From: an uncultured Bacteroidota bacterium
Lineage (GTDB): Bacteria; Bacteroidota; Bacteroidia; Bacteroidales; SZUA-534
NCBI GenBank assembly: GCA_946186925.1
Contig: CAMHPA010000002.1
Span: 30,668 to 94,667 of the forward strand
Direction of reading: 5' to 3'
Length of the DNA: 64,000 nt
The notes under the pieces were generated by a model, which saw only the letters and a program-made list of their open reading frames with translations, searched no databases and had not been told where the DNA came from. The first letter of the stretch is position 1. Each line of letters begins with the position of its first letter. The position numbers and the translations under genes are program-made. Shown here piece by piece: positions 24,619-33,054 of the stretch.

Positions 24619-25458
24619 TTAAAAAGTCACTTTGTCGGGATGTTGCCCCGACCATTCGAATTCGGGCAGTTGGTCGATTTTAAGAATGTCGTTTTCAGAT
24701 AGGTTAAGGCCAACTGATTCAAGATTTTCTTTAACACGTTCGGGCGTTACCGACTTGGGTAGCGGCACAATCTGCTTCTGGCGGCACCAGGCAAGGCAGA
24801 GCTGCGCCACTGAACAGTTGTTGAGGTCGGCAATCTGCTTCAGCTCAGCACTTTTAAACGCCGCACCTCGCCCAAACGGACTCCACGCCTCAACCACAAT
24901 ATTGTTGGCTTGGCAGAATTTTACATCATCGGCTTGCGTGTATCCCGGGTGAATTTCGAGCTGGTCAACCATCGGCTTGACCGTGCAGCTGTCGATGAGC
25001 GGTTGCAGATGGCTCGCAAGGAAATTGCTCACGCCAATGGCCCGCACACGGCCGTCGGCATAGAGTTTTTCAAAGGCGCGCCAGGTGTCGAGGTTGCGCT
25101 CGCGCCAGTCGGAATAAAGAGAAGGTGACGCCGGCCAGTGAATCAGGTACAAATCGAGGTAATCGAGACCCAAACGCTTGAGCGATGCGTCGAAGGCGCG
25201 CAGGGTGTTGTCGTAGCCGGTCTCGGTTGGCCAAACCTTTGTTGTAACCCACAGTTGGCTGCGATTGATGCCGCTGGCGGCAATGCCGCGTCCAACGCCT
25301 GTTTCGTTCTTGTAGAACGATGCTGTGTCGATGTGGCGGAATCCGCACTCGATTGCCGTTTTTACGGCCTCGGCAACTTCCGCGCCGTCGGCAATGGCCC
25401 ACGTGCCAAAGCCCATTGCGGGCATTTCAACACCGTTGTTCAGTTTGATTGTTGACAT
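24619..25458 (-). CDS. Aldo/keto reductase (DkgA/2,5-diketo-D-gluconate reductase-like)
   Basis: The ATG at 25458 gives MSTIKLNNGVEMPAMGFGTW.... Motifs HIDTASFYKNE and LDYLDLYLIHWP are present. The track start at 25515 lies in the repeat tract. Confidence 0.9.
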   Translation of the reverse strand: MSTIKLNNGVEMPAMGFGTWAIADGAEVAEAVKTAIECGFRHIDTASFYKNETGVGRGIAASGINRSQLWVTTKVWPTETGYDNTLRAFDASLKRLGLDYLDLYLIHWPASPSLYSDWRERNLDTWRAFEKLYADGRVRAIGVSNFLASHLQPLIDSCTVKPMVDQLEIHPGYTQADDVKFCQANNIVVEAWSPFGRGAAFKSAELKQIADLNNCSVAQLCLAWCRQKQIVPLPKSVTPERVKENLESVGLNLSENDILKIDQLPEFEWSGQHPDKVTF

Positions 25459-25564
25459 ATTAATGTTGAGTAATGTGTAAAGTGTAATGAGTAATGAGCA
25501 GTGAGTAATGAGCAATTAACTTTACACTTTAACCCTTACACCTTACTCTTTGAACCTTACTCTC
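25459..25564. repeat. Word-stutter tract with reverse-complementary halves (GAGTAATG / CCTTACTC and GTGTAAAG / CTTTACAC)
   Basis: gagtaatgagc occurs twice (25489 and 25503), ccttactc occurs twice (25541 and 25555), and taaagtgtaa (25478) pairs with ttacacttta (25522). Confidence 0.7.
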
Positions 25565-27553
25565 TTACCTGCGTTTTCTAACCTTTGGAACGTAATCGCG
25601 GCCGGTGACAACAAAGTCGGTGCGGCGGTTGATTTGGTTGCAAATCTCCTGCTGCTCGTTGGTCAGGCGCTTGATGAAGGCTTCGGTCAGAGTGTCGCCT
25701 TCTTTCAGGAACGGGAATTTCTGAGCCATCTTCTTGTCCACTTCTTTCGGCATTGTCTCGCCGTAGCCGTGCGATGTCAGGCGCTCGCGGTCGATGCCGT
25801 AGGTGGTCAGGAAGTCGACAACCGATTTGGCGCGCGCCTCCGACAGTTTCAGGTTGGCGTCGTCGCTTCCGCGATAGTCGGCGTGCGAACCAATCTCGAT
25901 GGTGATGTTCGAGTTGTCGTTCAGGATGCCTACAAGCACTTCAAGTCCGGCAATCGACGATGGTTTCAGTTTGGCGCTGTTGAACTCGTATTCAATTCCG
26001 TCAAGGTCCATACGGCGGTCGTCGGGCTGAAGGTCGATGTTCACCTTCAGCTGCTCGCTGTCGGTCAGGCCTTTGGTCGATGTCTTGTCCTTCGAGTTGA
26101 GGAAGCCGCCGCGCTTAACCACAATGCGGTAATCGGCGTTCGGCGCCAGATTGAAGTTGTATGAGCCGTCGGTTTCGGTTTTGGCGGTGATGTTTGTACC
26201 GTCGCTACCAATCAGGTTCACCTCGGCTCCGGCAATGATGGCGTCGGTTTTGCCGTTGCGCACAACGCCGGTCAGAGTGAACTCAATCGGCGGAAGCGAG
26301 AACTGGTAAATATCGTCGGAGCCCTTGCCGCCGGGGCGGTTCGAGCAGAAGTAGCCGCGTTCCACCTCAGACTCGAAGCAGATGCCAAAATCGTCTGACG
26401 AGCTATTGATGGGGTATTTCATATTCTCAACCTTCCAGCCCGAGTTGCTTTCGGTGGCCTTGAATATATCGAGTCCGCCCATTCCCGGATGGCCGTTCGA
26501 TGAGAAGTAGAGCGTGCCGTCGGGGTGGATGAACGGGAACATCTCGTCGCCCTCGGTGTTGATGGCCGGGCCCATATTTACAGGCTTGCTCCATTCAGCC
26601 GATTTATTGGCGCGGGTAGCTTTCCAGAGGTCTTTGCCGCCGTAGCCGCCAGCCATCTCCGACACAAAAACCAGAGTCAGCTCATCGCCGCTGATAGCCG
26701 GATGGCCCACGGCCACTGTGTCGGGGGCAAGGTTCAGCTCTTTGGGCTCGCCCCATTCGGCGTTCTCTTTTGCCGAGCTGAAAATCTTGCAGACCATATT
26801 TTTGTTCTTGTCTTCGCGGAAGCTGGTGAAATACAGCGTGTTGCACTTTTTGTTGGTGCTGGGCATTCCCTCTTCGTATGCGGTGTTGATGACTTCCTCA
26901 AGAGCAACCGGTTCAGACCATTTGCCTTTGCGGTCGACGCGCGAGCGGAACAAGTCGCAGTAGTATTCACCAGTAACGCCACTTATTTTTCCACCTGTGC
27001 AGCCTTCGCGCGACGACGAGAAGATGACCATGCTGTAGTCGTCTTTCGCGAAAGCGATGCCAAAATCACTCCATTTTGAGTTGAAATAGTGCATGTTCTC
27101 AATCTTGTAACGGGTGGGCTGCCCCATCCACTCAATAGCCGCCGCGCACGACTCAACGCCAGCCGGTCCGCGGTCATCAGAAGGAGCGAGCTTACTGTAG
27201 TTCTGATACTCTTTCATGGCCTCTTCGTAGTTGCCTTGAGCGCGCATTGCATCGGCCATATAGAGCGTAGCCAACGGATTGCTATAACCCTTTTTGATAA
27301 CCTTGCGATACCATATTTCAGCCTGCCGGCTGTTCTGTACCATGCGGTAGCTCTCAGCCACCATAAACATTATATCGTTTTTCTTGTCTTTGTCCTTGGC
27401 CTTCGCGTAGGCGTATTTGTACTCGTCGATGGCGTCAAAATATTTCCCCAGCTCAAAGGCCTTGTCGGCTTTGGCGGTGATGTTTCGCTGGGCTACGGCC
27501 GGCATTACGGCAAGCGCAGCGATGGTTATTGCAATTATCCTCTTCATTTTCAA
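25565..27553 (-). CDS. OmpA family protein (TPR + TolB-like beta-propeller + CarboxypepD_reg + OmpA C-terminal domain)
   Basis: 662 aa with a signal peptide. The C-terminus FEFNSAKLKP...IEIGSHADYRGSDDANLKLSEARAKSVVDFL...GYGETMP is a peptidoglycan-binding OmpA domain. Confidence 0.85.
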   Translation of the reverse strand: MKMKRIIAITIAALAVMPAVAQRNITAKADKAFELGKYFDAIDEYKYAYAKAKDKDKKNDIMFMVAESYRMVQNSRQAEIWYRKVIKKGYSNPLATLYMADAMRAQGNYEEAMKEYQNYSKLAPSDDRGPAGVESCAAAIEWMGQPTRYKIENMHYFNSKWSDFGIAFAKDDYSMVIFSSSREGCTGGKISGVTGEYYCDLFRSRVDRKGKWSEPVALEEVINTAYEEGMPSTNKKCNTLYFTSFREDKNKNMVCKIFSSAKENAEWGEPKELNLAPDTVAVGHPAISGDELTLVFVSEMAGGYGGKDLWKATRANKSAEWSKPVNMGPAINTEGDEMFPFIHPDGTLYFSSNGHPGMGGLDIFKATESNSGWKVENMKYPINSSSDDFGICFESEVERGYFCSNRPGGKGSDDIYQFSLPPIEFTLTGVVRNGKTDAIIAGAEVNLIGSDGTNITAKTETDGSYNFNLAPNADYRIVVKRGGFLNSKDKTSTKGLTDSEQLKVNIDLQPDDRRMDLDGIEYEFNSAKLKPSSIAGLEVLVGILNDNSNITIEIGSHADYRGSDDANLKLSEARAKSVVDFLTTYGIDRERLTSHGYGETMPKEVDKKMAQKFPFLKEGDTLTEAFIKRLTNEQQEICNQINRRTDFVVTGRDYVPKVRKRR

Positions 27554-27680
27554 TATTGAATCAAAATGCGGAATGTCAATTTTTTAAAAACAATTTGCGA
27601 AAATAAGGATTTTTGTGAACGTCCGAAACCTTGCGCTTTCATTTAACGGAAAAAATGCCAATAGATTGCTTCGTAGGTCG

Positions 27681-28958
27681 CTATTCTTTAACTTTTGAAA
27701 CCATCACCTGCCGCCCCACTCGGCATTTCAGGCACTGTTTTTTCTGGCAGTAGCAGTTGGCCAACTGAATGAGCGCCTGGCTCTCGAGCGCGCATTTGGC
27801 TTCGATTCCGAACTTTTCCCACTGGCTGATAATTGTGTTGCGCTCGGCGGGCACGTCTTCGAGCCACTGCAGGGCGCGGTCGGTGAGTTCGGTCTTGCCG
27901 ATGCTCTTTCCGTAGTGGAACATAAACGGCACAAAAGCGTTGATAACAAGCAGATTGAGCGACGCGTTGCCTAAATTCTTGTCCTTCCGCGCCGACGGTT
28001 TTTCAAAAACATAGTGCGTGAGCCAATAGTCGGAAACGCTTGTCGCGAAAAGGCGTTTCACATCGTCAACCGATTGGCAATCAATCATTTTCGACAGCAG
28101 CGCCGACGATTTGCTGATGAGCGACGCCAACTGCGCAATGCGCACGGTGGGCATATTGCCTGGCCGCATTCGGGCGAATTTCCACACGTGGTTAGGGATG
28201 GGTTCGAGCCGATATTTGATTTTCAGGTGGTTATACTCGCGGGTGAGCAGTTGCGTGTAGGAGTCGGCAGGCTCGGCTGGCAGCAGTCCCGCCTGACCGA
28301 AAAGCAGCGCTTCAACCTGCGTCAGGCTGTTTTTGTGGTGGGCAATCACGTTGAGCGGCAGCGACTGCGCAAGCATAAGAAAAGGCTGCGCATTTGTCTT
28401 AAAGCCAAACGATTGCGCCACGGTGTAGTAGAACGATTCTTCCCAATTGTTCTGCGTGAGCCGCAGGTTTTCGGCAATGGCGGCCGTTTTGTTCTCAAGC
28501 CGCTCAACGGTCAGCGACTCGTACCACTGCTGCATCACAAACGGGTCGATATCAGCAATATACGACTGGCACGGCAGCCAACGGTCGGTGCGCATCAGGA
28601 ACTGGTAGCGCTCAAGCAGCGGTTGCGGGCAGCGGATTTCGGTGGCGGGAATGAGTTGCCCCGTCTGGCTGCGGATTTCGGCATCGTTCTGCCCCACCAC
28701 GTGCAGCACAACGTTGTTGTAGTGGTCGTCGGTCTGGTGGCGGTGTCGCAGCCAATCGCTCGAGCGCAGATGAATCTCAACATTCCCCGCCCAAACAGTC
28801 TGCCCGATGCGGATGCGCGCGTTGAAGAAATCGGGGCCCTGATCGCGGTTGTGCAGTCCTGGATTCAGCACTTCGATGGTCTCGCCCGAGTAGAACTCAT
28901 TGAGCGGCATCTGATAAAGGCCGTTTTTCCAAAGGAAATGCAGAAAATCTTCGGACAT
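27681..28958 (-). CDS. DUF2851 family protein
   Basis: 425 aa. The N-terminus MSEDFLHFLWKNGLY...NRDQGPDFFNARIRIG...GNVEIHLRSSDW is the DUF2851 signature as I recall it, with a C-terminal CxxC. Confidence 0.7.
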   Translation of the reverse strand: MSEDFLHFLWKNGLYQMPLNEFYSGETIEVLNPGLHNRDQGPDFFNARIRIGQTVWAGNVEIHLRSSDWLRHRHQTDDHYNNVVLHVVGQNDAEIRSQTGQLIPATEIRCPQPLLERYQFLMRTDRWLPCQSYIADIDPFVMQQWYESLTVERLENKTAAIAENLRLTQNNWEESFYYTVAQSFGFKTNAQPFLMLAQSLPLNVIAHHKNSLTQVEALLFGQAGLLPAEPADSYTQLLTREYNHLKIKYRLEPIPNHVWKFARMRPGNMPTVRIAQLASLISKSSALLSKMIDCQSVDDVKRLFATSVSDYWLTHYVFEKPSARKDKNLGNASLNLLVINAFVPFMFHYGKSIGKTELTDRALQWLEDVPAERNTIISQWEKFGIEAKCALESQALIQLANCYCQKKQCLKCRVGRQVMVSKVKE

Positions 28959-28961
28959 TGG

Positions 28962-29005
28962 AAGCTTTAAGTTATGAGTTTAAAAGTTATAAGTTTTTGT
29001 AGGGG
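28962..29005. repeat. Word-stutter tract (AAGTTATAAG words)
   Basis: aagctttaagttatgagtttaaaagttataagtttttgtagggg. The 19-mer taaaagttataagtttttg (28981..28999) is identical to 47021..47039. Confidence 0.8.
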
Positions 29006-29100
29006 CAAGATAGGAAAAAAATTGAACTACTGGCATCGGGCAAACGACATCAGACGACAATTCAACAAATAGGAAAAGGAAGAACAGCCGAAAGTCCCCT

Positions 29101-29174
29101 ACTCAATCAGCCCTTCAGTTATTCAATCCTTCAGTTATTCACGCATTCAATCCTTCACTCCTTCACTCCTTCAT
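29101..29174. repeat. Word-stutter tract (TCAATCCTTCA / CTCCTTCA words)
   Basis: actcaatcagcccttcagttattcaatccttcagttattcacgcattcaatccttcactccttcactccttcat. It continues after the palindrome as acttcaatccttcg. Confidence 0.8.
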
Positions 29175-29190
29175 CCCGATAGCTATCGGG
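29175..29190. repeat. Perfect 16-nt palindrome CCCGATAGCTATCGGG
   Basis: Identical to 14288..14303. It lies 3 nt from the nadB stop. Confidence 0.9.
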
Positions 29191-29193
29191 ACT

Positions 29194-30777
29194 TCAATCC
29201 TTCGTCACAGGCGGATAATCCACATTAAAGTGCAGGCCGCGGCTCTCTTTGCGCTCAATGGCCTGACGGGTAACCAGATAGCCCACATTTATCATATTGC
29301 GCAACTCGCAGATGTCGCGGGTGGCTTTGACGCGTTTGAAAAGGTCTTCGGTCTCTTCGTAGAGCAGGTCAAGGCGGTCCCAGGCGCGTTTCAGGCGCAG
29401 ATTGCTGCGAACAATGCCCACGTAGGTGCTCATAATCTGCCCCACTTCCTTAACATCCTGAGCGATAAGCACTTTCTCTTCGTTTGTCATCGTGCCTTCA
29501 TCGTTCCACTCGGGAATCCGCTCGTTGAACGAGTATTCATCAATATGCTGCAGACTGTGTTTCGCGGCAGCGTCGGCATAAACCACCGCTTCAATTAACG
29601 AGTTGGAAGCCAGACGGTTACCGCCGTGCAGACCCGTGCACGAGCACTCGCCCACGGCATACAGGCGGCGGATGCTTGAGCAGGCGTTCAAATCGACCTT
29701 GATGCCGCCGCACATATAGTGGGCGCAAGGCGCAACGGGAATGTACTGTTTTGTTATGTCGATGCCAATGCTCAGGCACTTGGCGTAGATGTTCGGGAAG
29801 TGGTGCTTGGTCTCTTCGGGGTCCTTGTGCGTAACATCAAGGCAGACGTGGTCAAGGCCGTGAATTTTCATCTCTTTATCGATGGCGCGGGCTACAATGT
29901 CGCGCGGGGCAAGGCTCAGGCGCTCGTCGTACTTGTGCATAAACTCTTCGCCGTTGGGCAGACGCAGAATACCACCATAACCGCGCATCGCTTCGGTGAT
30001 AAGATAGGCGGGATGCGTCTCGCCAGGGTGGAAAAGCGCCGTTGGGTGGAACTGCACAAATTCCATATCCTGCACCGTTCCCTTGGCGCGATAGACCATT
30101 GCAATGCCGTCGCCTGTGGCGATGTTGGGGTTGGTGGTGGTGGCGTAGATTGAGCCGATTCCGCCAGTGGCCATCAGCGTGACGCGCGACAGATAAGTAT
30201 CGATTTTATTGGTTTCAGGATTAAGAATATACGCTCCGAAGCATTCAATGTCGGGTGTGCGGCGCGTAACTTCAACGCCCAGATGGTGCTGTGTGATAAT
30301 CTCCACAGCAAAGTGATTTTCAAGCACATCGATGTTCGGATTCCGACGGACGGCTTCCATCAGCCCGCGCTGAATTTCGGCGCCCGTGTCGTCGGCGTGG
30401 TGAAGGATTCGGAATTCAGAGTGTCCGCCTTCGCGATGAAGGTCGAACTCGCCGCTGTCGGTGCGGTCGAAGTTGACGCCCCATTTCACAAGTTCGGCAA
30501 TCTGCGACGGTGCGTTGCGCACCACCTGCTCCACGGCCTTGCGGTCGCTCAAATGGTCGCCGGCAATCATTGTGTCTTCAATGTGCTTATCGAAATCGTC
30601 AACCTTCAGATTGGTGACCGATGCAATGCCGCCCTGTGCTTTGGCAGTGTTGGCTTCGGCCAGAGTTGTCTTGCAAACCATTGCCACGCGGCCCTTGCCG
30701 GCGTTGGCCACTTTCAGCGCGTAACTCATTCCGGCCACGCCCGAACCAATTACCAAGAAATCGTATTTTTTTATCAC
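29194..30777 (-). CDS. nadB: L-aspartate oxidase
   Basis: 527 aa. FAD-binding N-terminus DFLVIGSGVAGMSYAL, then AQGGIA, and a succinate dehydrogenase/fumarate reductase flavoprotein-like core of NadB length. Confidence 0.9.
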   Translation of the reverse strand: MIKKYDFLVIGSGVAGMSYALKVANAGKGRVAMVCKTTLAEANTAKAQGGIASVTNLKVDDFDKHIEDTMIAGDHLSDRKAVEQVVRNAPSQIAELVKWGVNFDRTDSGEFDLHREGGHSEFRILHHADDTGAEIQRGLMEAVRRNPNIDVLENHFAVEIITQHHLGVEVTRRTPDIECFGAYILNPETNKIDTYLSRVTLMATGGIGSIYATTTNPNIATGDGIAMVYRAKGTVQDMEFVQFHPTALFHPGETHPAYLITEAMRGYGGILRLPNGEEFMHKYDERLSLAPRDIVARAIDKEMKIHGLDHVCLDVTHKDPEETKHHFPNIYAKCLSIGIDITKQYIPVAPCAHYMCGGIKVDLNACSSIRRLYAVGECSCTGLHGGNRLASNSLIEAVVYADAAAKHSLQHIDEYSFNERIPEWNDEGTMTNEEKVLIAQDVKEVGQIMSTYVGIVRSNLRLKRAWDRLDLLYEETEDLFKRVKATRDICELRNMINVGYLVTRQAIERKESRGLHFNVDYPPVTKD

Positions 30778-30916
30778 TGTCGAACAGTTTTTATAACGGC
30801 GGCAAAAATAGAGAATTATGAGTTACAAGGTGCAAGATACACGGTACAAGTCTGTTTTTTTGAGTTAGGCATCATACAATAACCAAGAAATGCATCTTGC
30901 AAAAACAACCAGAATT

Positions 30917-30924
30917 ATACCTTT
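30917..30924 (+). promoter_or_regulatory. -7 box (TACCTTTG)
   Basis: It ends 15 nt upstream of the ATG at 30940. Confidence 0.4.
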
Positions 30925-30939
30925 GTAAAAAAATGCAAT

Positions 30940-31830
30940 ATGAAAAAACTCTTTTTTCTCGTTGCCTTCATTTTCACGATGATGCCAGCAATTTTATTTA
31001 CTGCTTGCGACCCAGACGACAGCATTATGCCGGAACCTGAACCTGCACCTGAAACCGACACCATTCCCCAACCCATTGATACTCTGTCGCTGCAAGACAC
31101 CGCGAAACCGGTTGTTGTCCCTAAAATGTACAATCTCACATATCATAAAGTTGTGGCTGCTGACAGCCTTGTCAAATACACCACACAAGTGTCGGTACAG
31201 AAACTTGAATCGGACTTCAAATGGCTTGCCGACAACGGTTACACGGCCATTCTGCCACGCGATTTGCTGACAATCGACACTGTGAAACCAAAAACCGTAA
31301 TCATCACTTTTGATGACGGATATTACAACAACTACCTGTATATGTATCCACTGCTTGAAAAATACGGATTAAAGGCAGAAATAAATGTCATAGTGGAATG
31401 GATAACCGAAGAGCGAAAGAACGGTTGGCTGACTTGGGACGAGTGCAGAGAAATGAGTCAGTCGGGATTGGTGGAAATAGGTTCGCACTCCTGCTTGCTG
31501 CACAATCCAAGCAACGGCGGCAGTTACATACTTGGCGGAGTTAATGGCGTTGGTCGTGAGGCCGGCGAAAGCGATGAAGATTATATTGCCCGCATAACCA
31601 ATGACTTACAAAGGAGCAAAGATGTGATTAAAGAGCGAGTTGGAATTGAACCGATTGCTTTTGCTTACCCTTATGGTGAAGGTAATGCATTTATCAACAA
31701 ATACATATCCGAGTTATTTGCTGTAACTTTCCTGACACATAACGGAAGTTACAACCCCAAAAACGACCTTCATCTGTTGCCTCGCAACACCATAACAATG
31801 AGTACTCAACTAGAAAGCATTCTGAAATAG
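30940..31830 (+). CDS. Polysaccharide deacetylase family lipoprotein (NodB homology domain)
   Basis: 296 aa. Lipobox ILFTACDPDD, the NodB motif VIITFDDGYYNNY, and later EIGSHS. Confidence 0.8.
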   Translation: MKKLFFLVAFIFTMMPAILFTACDPDDSIMPEPEPAPETDTIPQPIDTLSLQDTAKPVVVPKMYNLTYHKVVAADSLVKYTTQVSVQKLESDFKWLADNGYTAILPRDLLTIDTVKPKTVIITFDDGYYNNYLYMYPLLEKYGLKAEINVIVEWITEERKNGWLTWDECREMSQSGLVEIGSHSCLLHNPSNGGSYILGGVNGVGREAGESDEDYIARITNDLQRSKDVIKERVGIEPIAFAYPYGEGNAFINKYISELFAVTFLTHNGSYNPKNDLHLLPRNTITMSTQLESILK

Positions 31831-31858
31831 CAAAAGGCGCTGGAGAAATAACTCAAAC

Positions 31859-32953
31859 CTACTCCTTCTGATAAACCCTTACGTAATCAATCTCCATTGT
31901 TGCCGGGAGCGCACTTTCATCAACACCCTGCATTCCGCCCCACGAGCCGCCCCAGGCAAGATTTAGGATAATGTAGAAAGGGTCGTCGTATGGCCAATCG
32001 TCGCGGCCCAGACCACGGTTGTTGTAACTCAGTTGCAACTTGCCATCGACGTAGGTTGTGATATTCTTGTCGGTCCAGAGCAAGGAATAAGTATGAAACT
32101 CACCTTCCGCACCCTCGCACTTCATCTCGTGCGTCACTTGTGTGTTGTTCGAGTGCACGTGCGCATTGGCGTGAAGGCTCGACGAAACATAATCGGGATG
32201 AAAGCCCACCTCCTCCATAATATCAATCTCGCCATCGTCGGGCCAGGCTGTGAATTTGACGGGCATCATCCAGAAAGCCGGCCACGTGCCCTTGCCTTTT
32301 GGCAGTTTGATGCGGCCCTCGATGTAGCCGTAGGTCCAGCCCTGCCGCACCTTTGCATATATACGGCCCGAATAAATCTTGCCGTTTTCTTTCAGACAGG
32401 TGATGTGGAGCCGGCCGTCTTTAACCTCGGTAACCAACGTGCCACTACGAGTTTTGTGGTTGACGTAATTCTGCAGTTCCTCGTTCACCCAGCCGCTGTT
32501 TTTCACTTCGTGTGTCCAGTCGGCGGTGCTCAACTCCGAACCATCGAACTCATCGTGCCAAACAAGCGAATATCCGTCAGGCACATAATACGTGCTACTA
32601 TCCGCTCCGGCTTGAGTTATGGCTATGATTTGGCTTACTGTGTCTGACAGAATCGTAACAGTACCTGTGCGGAAATCCAACGTTGGATTGGCAGAAACCG
32701 TTATTGCCAATGAGCCGGCCGTAGCGGTTGTATCCAGCGCTTCCGCGAAAATGAAATCGCTCACATCTCCAATATGCCACTCGTTGCCCGTGGTTGAAAC
32801 ATTCACCGTAAATGTTCCTCTCTCGGCTGAGGCACTGATGCTTTCAGGTGACACGGTAACGGTTACTCGTTCATTGCTTTCGTCATCGTTTCCTTTGCAA
32901 CTTCCGAGTGCTGCCGCAAAAACAAGCGGAATAATAAAGTGTTTCATTTTCAA
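31859..32953 (-). CDS. Glycoside hydrolase family 16 (beta-glucanase/laminarinase-like) lipoprotein with an N-terminal BACON-like domain
   Basis: 364 aa. Lipobox AALGSCKG, an Ig-like segment VTVSPESISASAERGTFTVNV...TVTILSD...ITQ, and the GH16 catalytic motif GEIDIMEEVG. Confidence 0.85.
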   Translation of the reverse strand: MKMKHFIIPLVFAAALGSCKGNDDESNERVTVTVSPESISASAERGTFTVNVSTTGNEWHIGDVSDFIFAEALDTTATAGSLAITVSANPTLDFRTGTVTILSDTVSQIIAITQAGADSSTYYVPDGYSLVWHDEFDGSELSTADWTHEVKNSGWVNEELQNYVNHKTRSGTLVTEVKDGRLHITCLKENGKIYSGRIYAKVRQGWTYGYIEGRIKLPKGKGTWPAFWMMPVKFTAWPDDGEIDIMEEVGFHPDYVSSSLHANAHVHSNNTQVTHEMKCEGAEGEFHTYSLLWTDKNITTYVDGKLQLSYNNRGLGRDDWPYDDPFYIILNLAWGGSWGGMQGVDESALPATMEIDYVRVYQKE

Positions 32954-33054
32954 GTGTTTTTAATAGTTGAGACAAATATAGTTTTTTCGAGTTGCAAGGC
33001 AAAAGTGGTTTTGGGTATTGGGGGCAGATGGCCCGTTTATGTATTACGTTTGCG

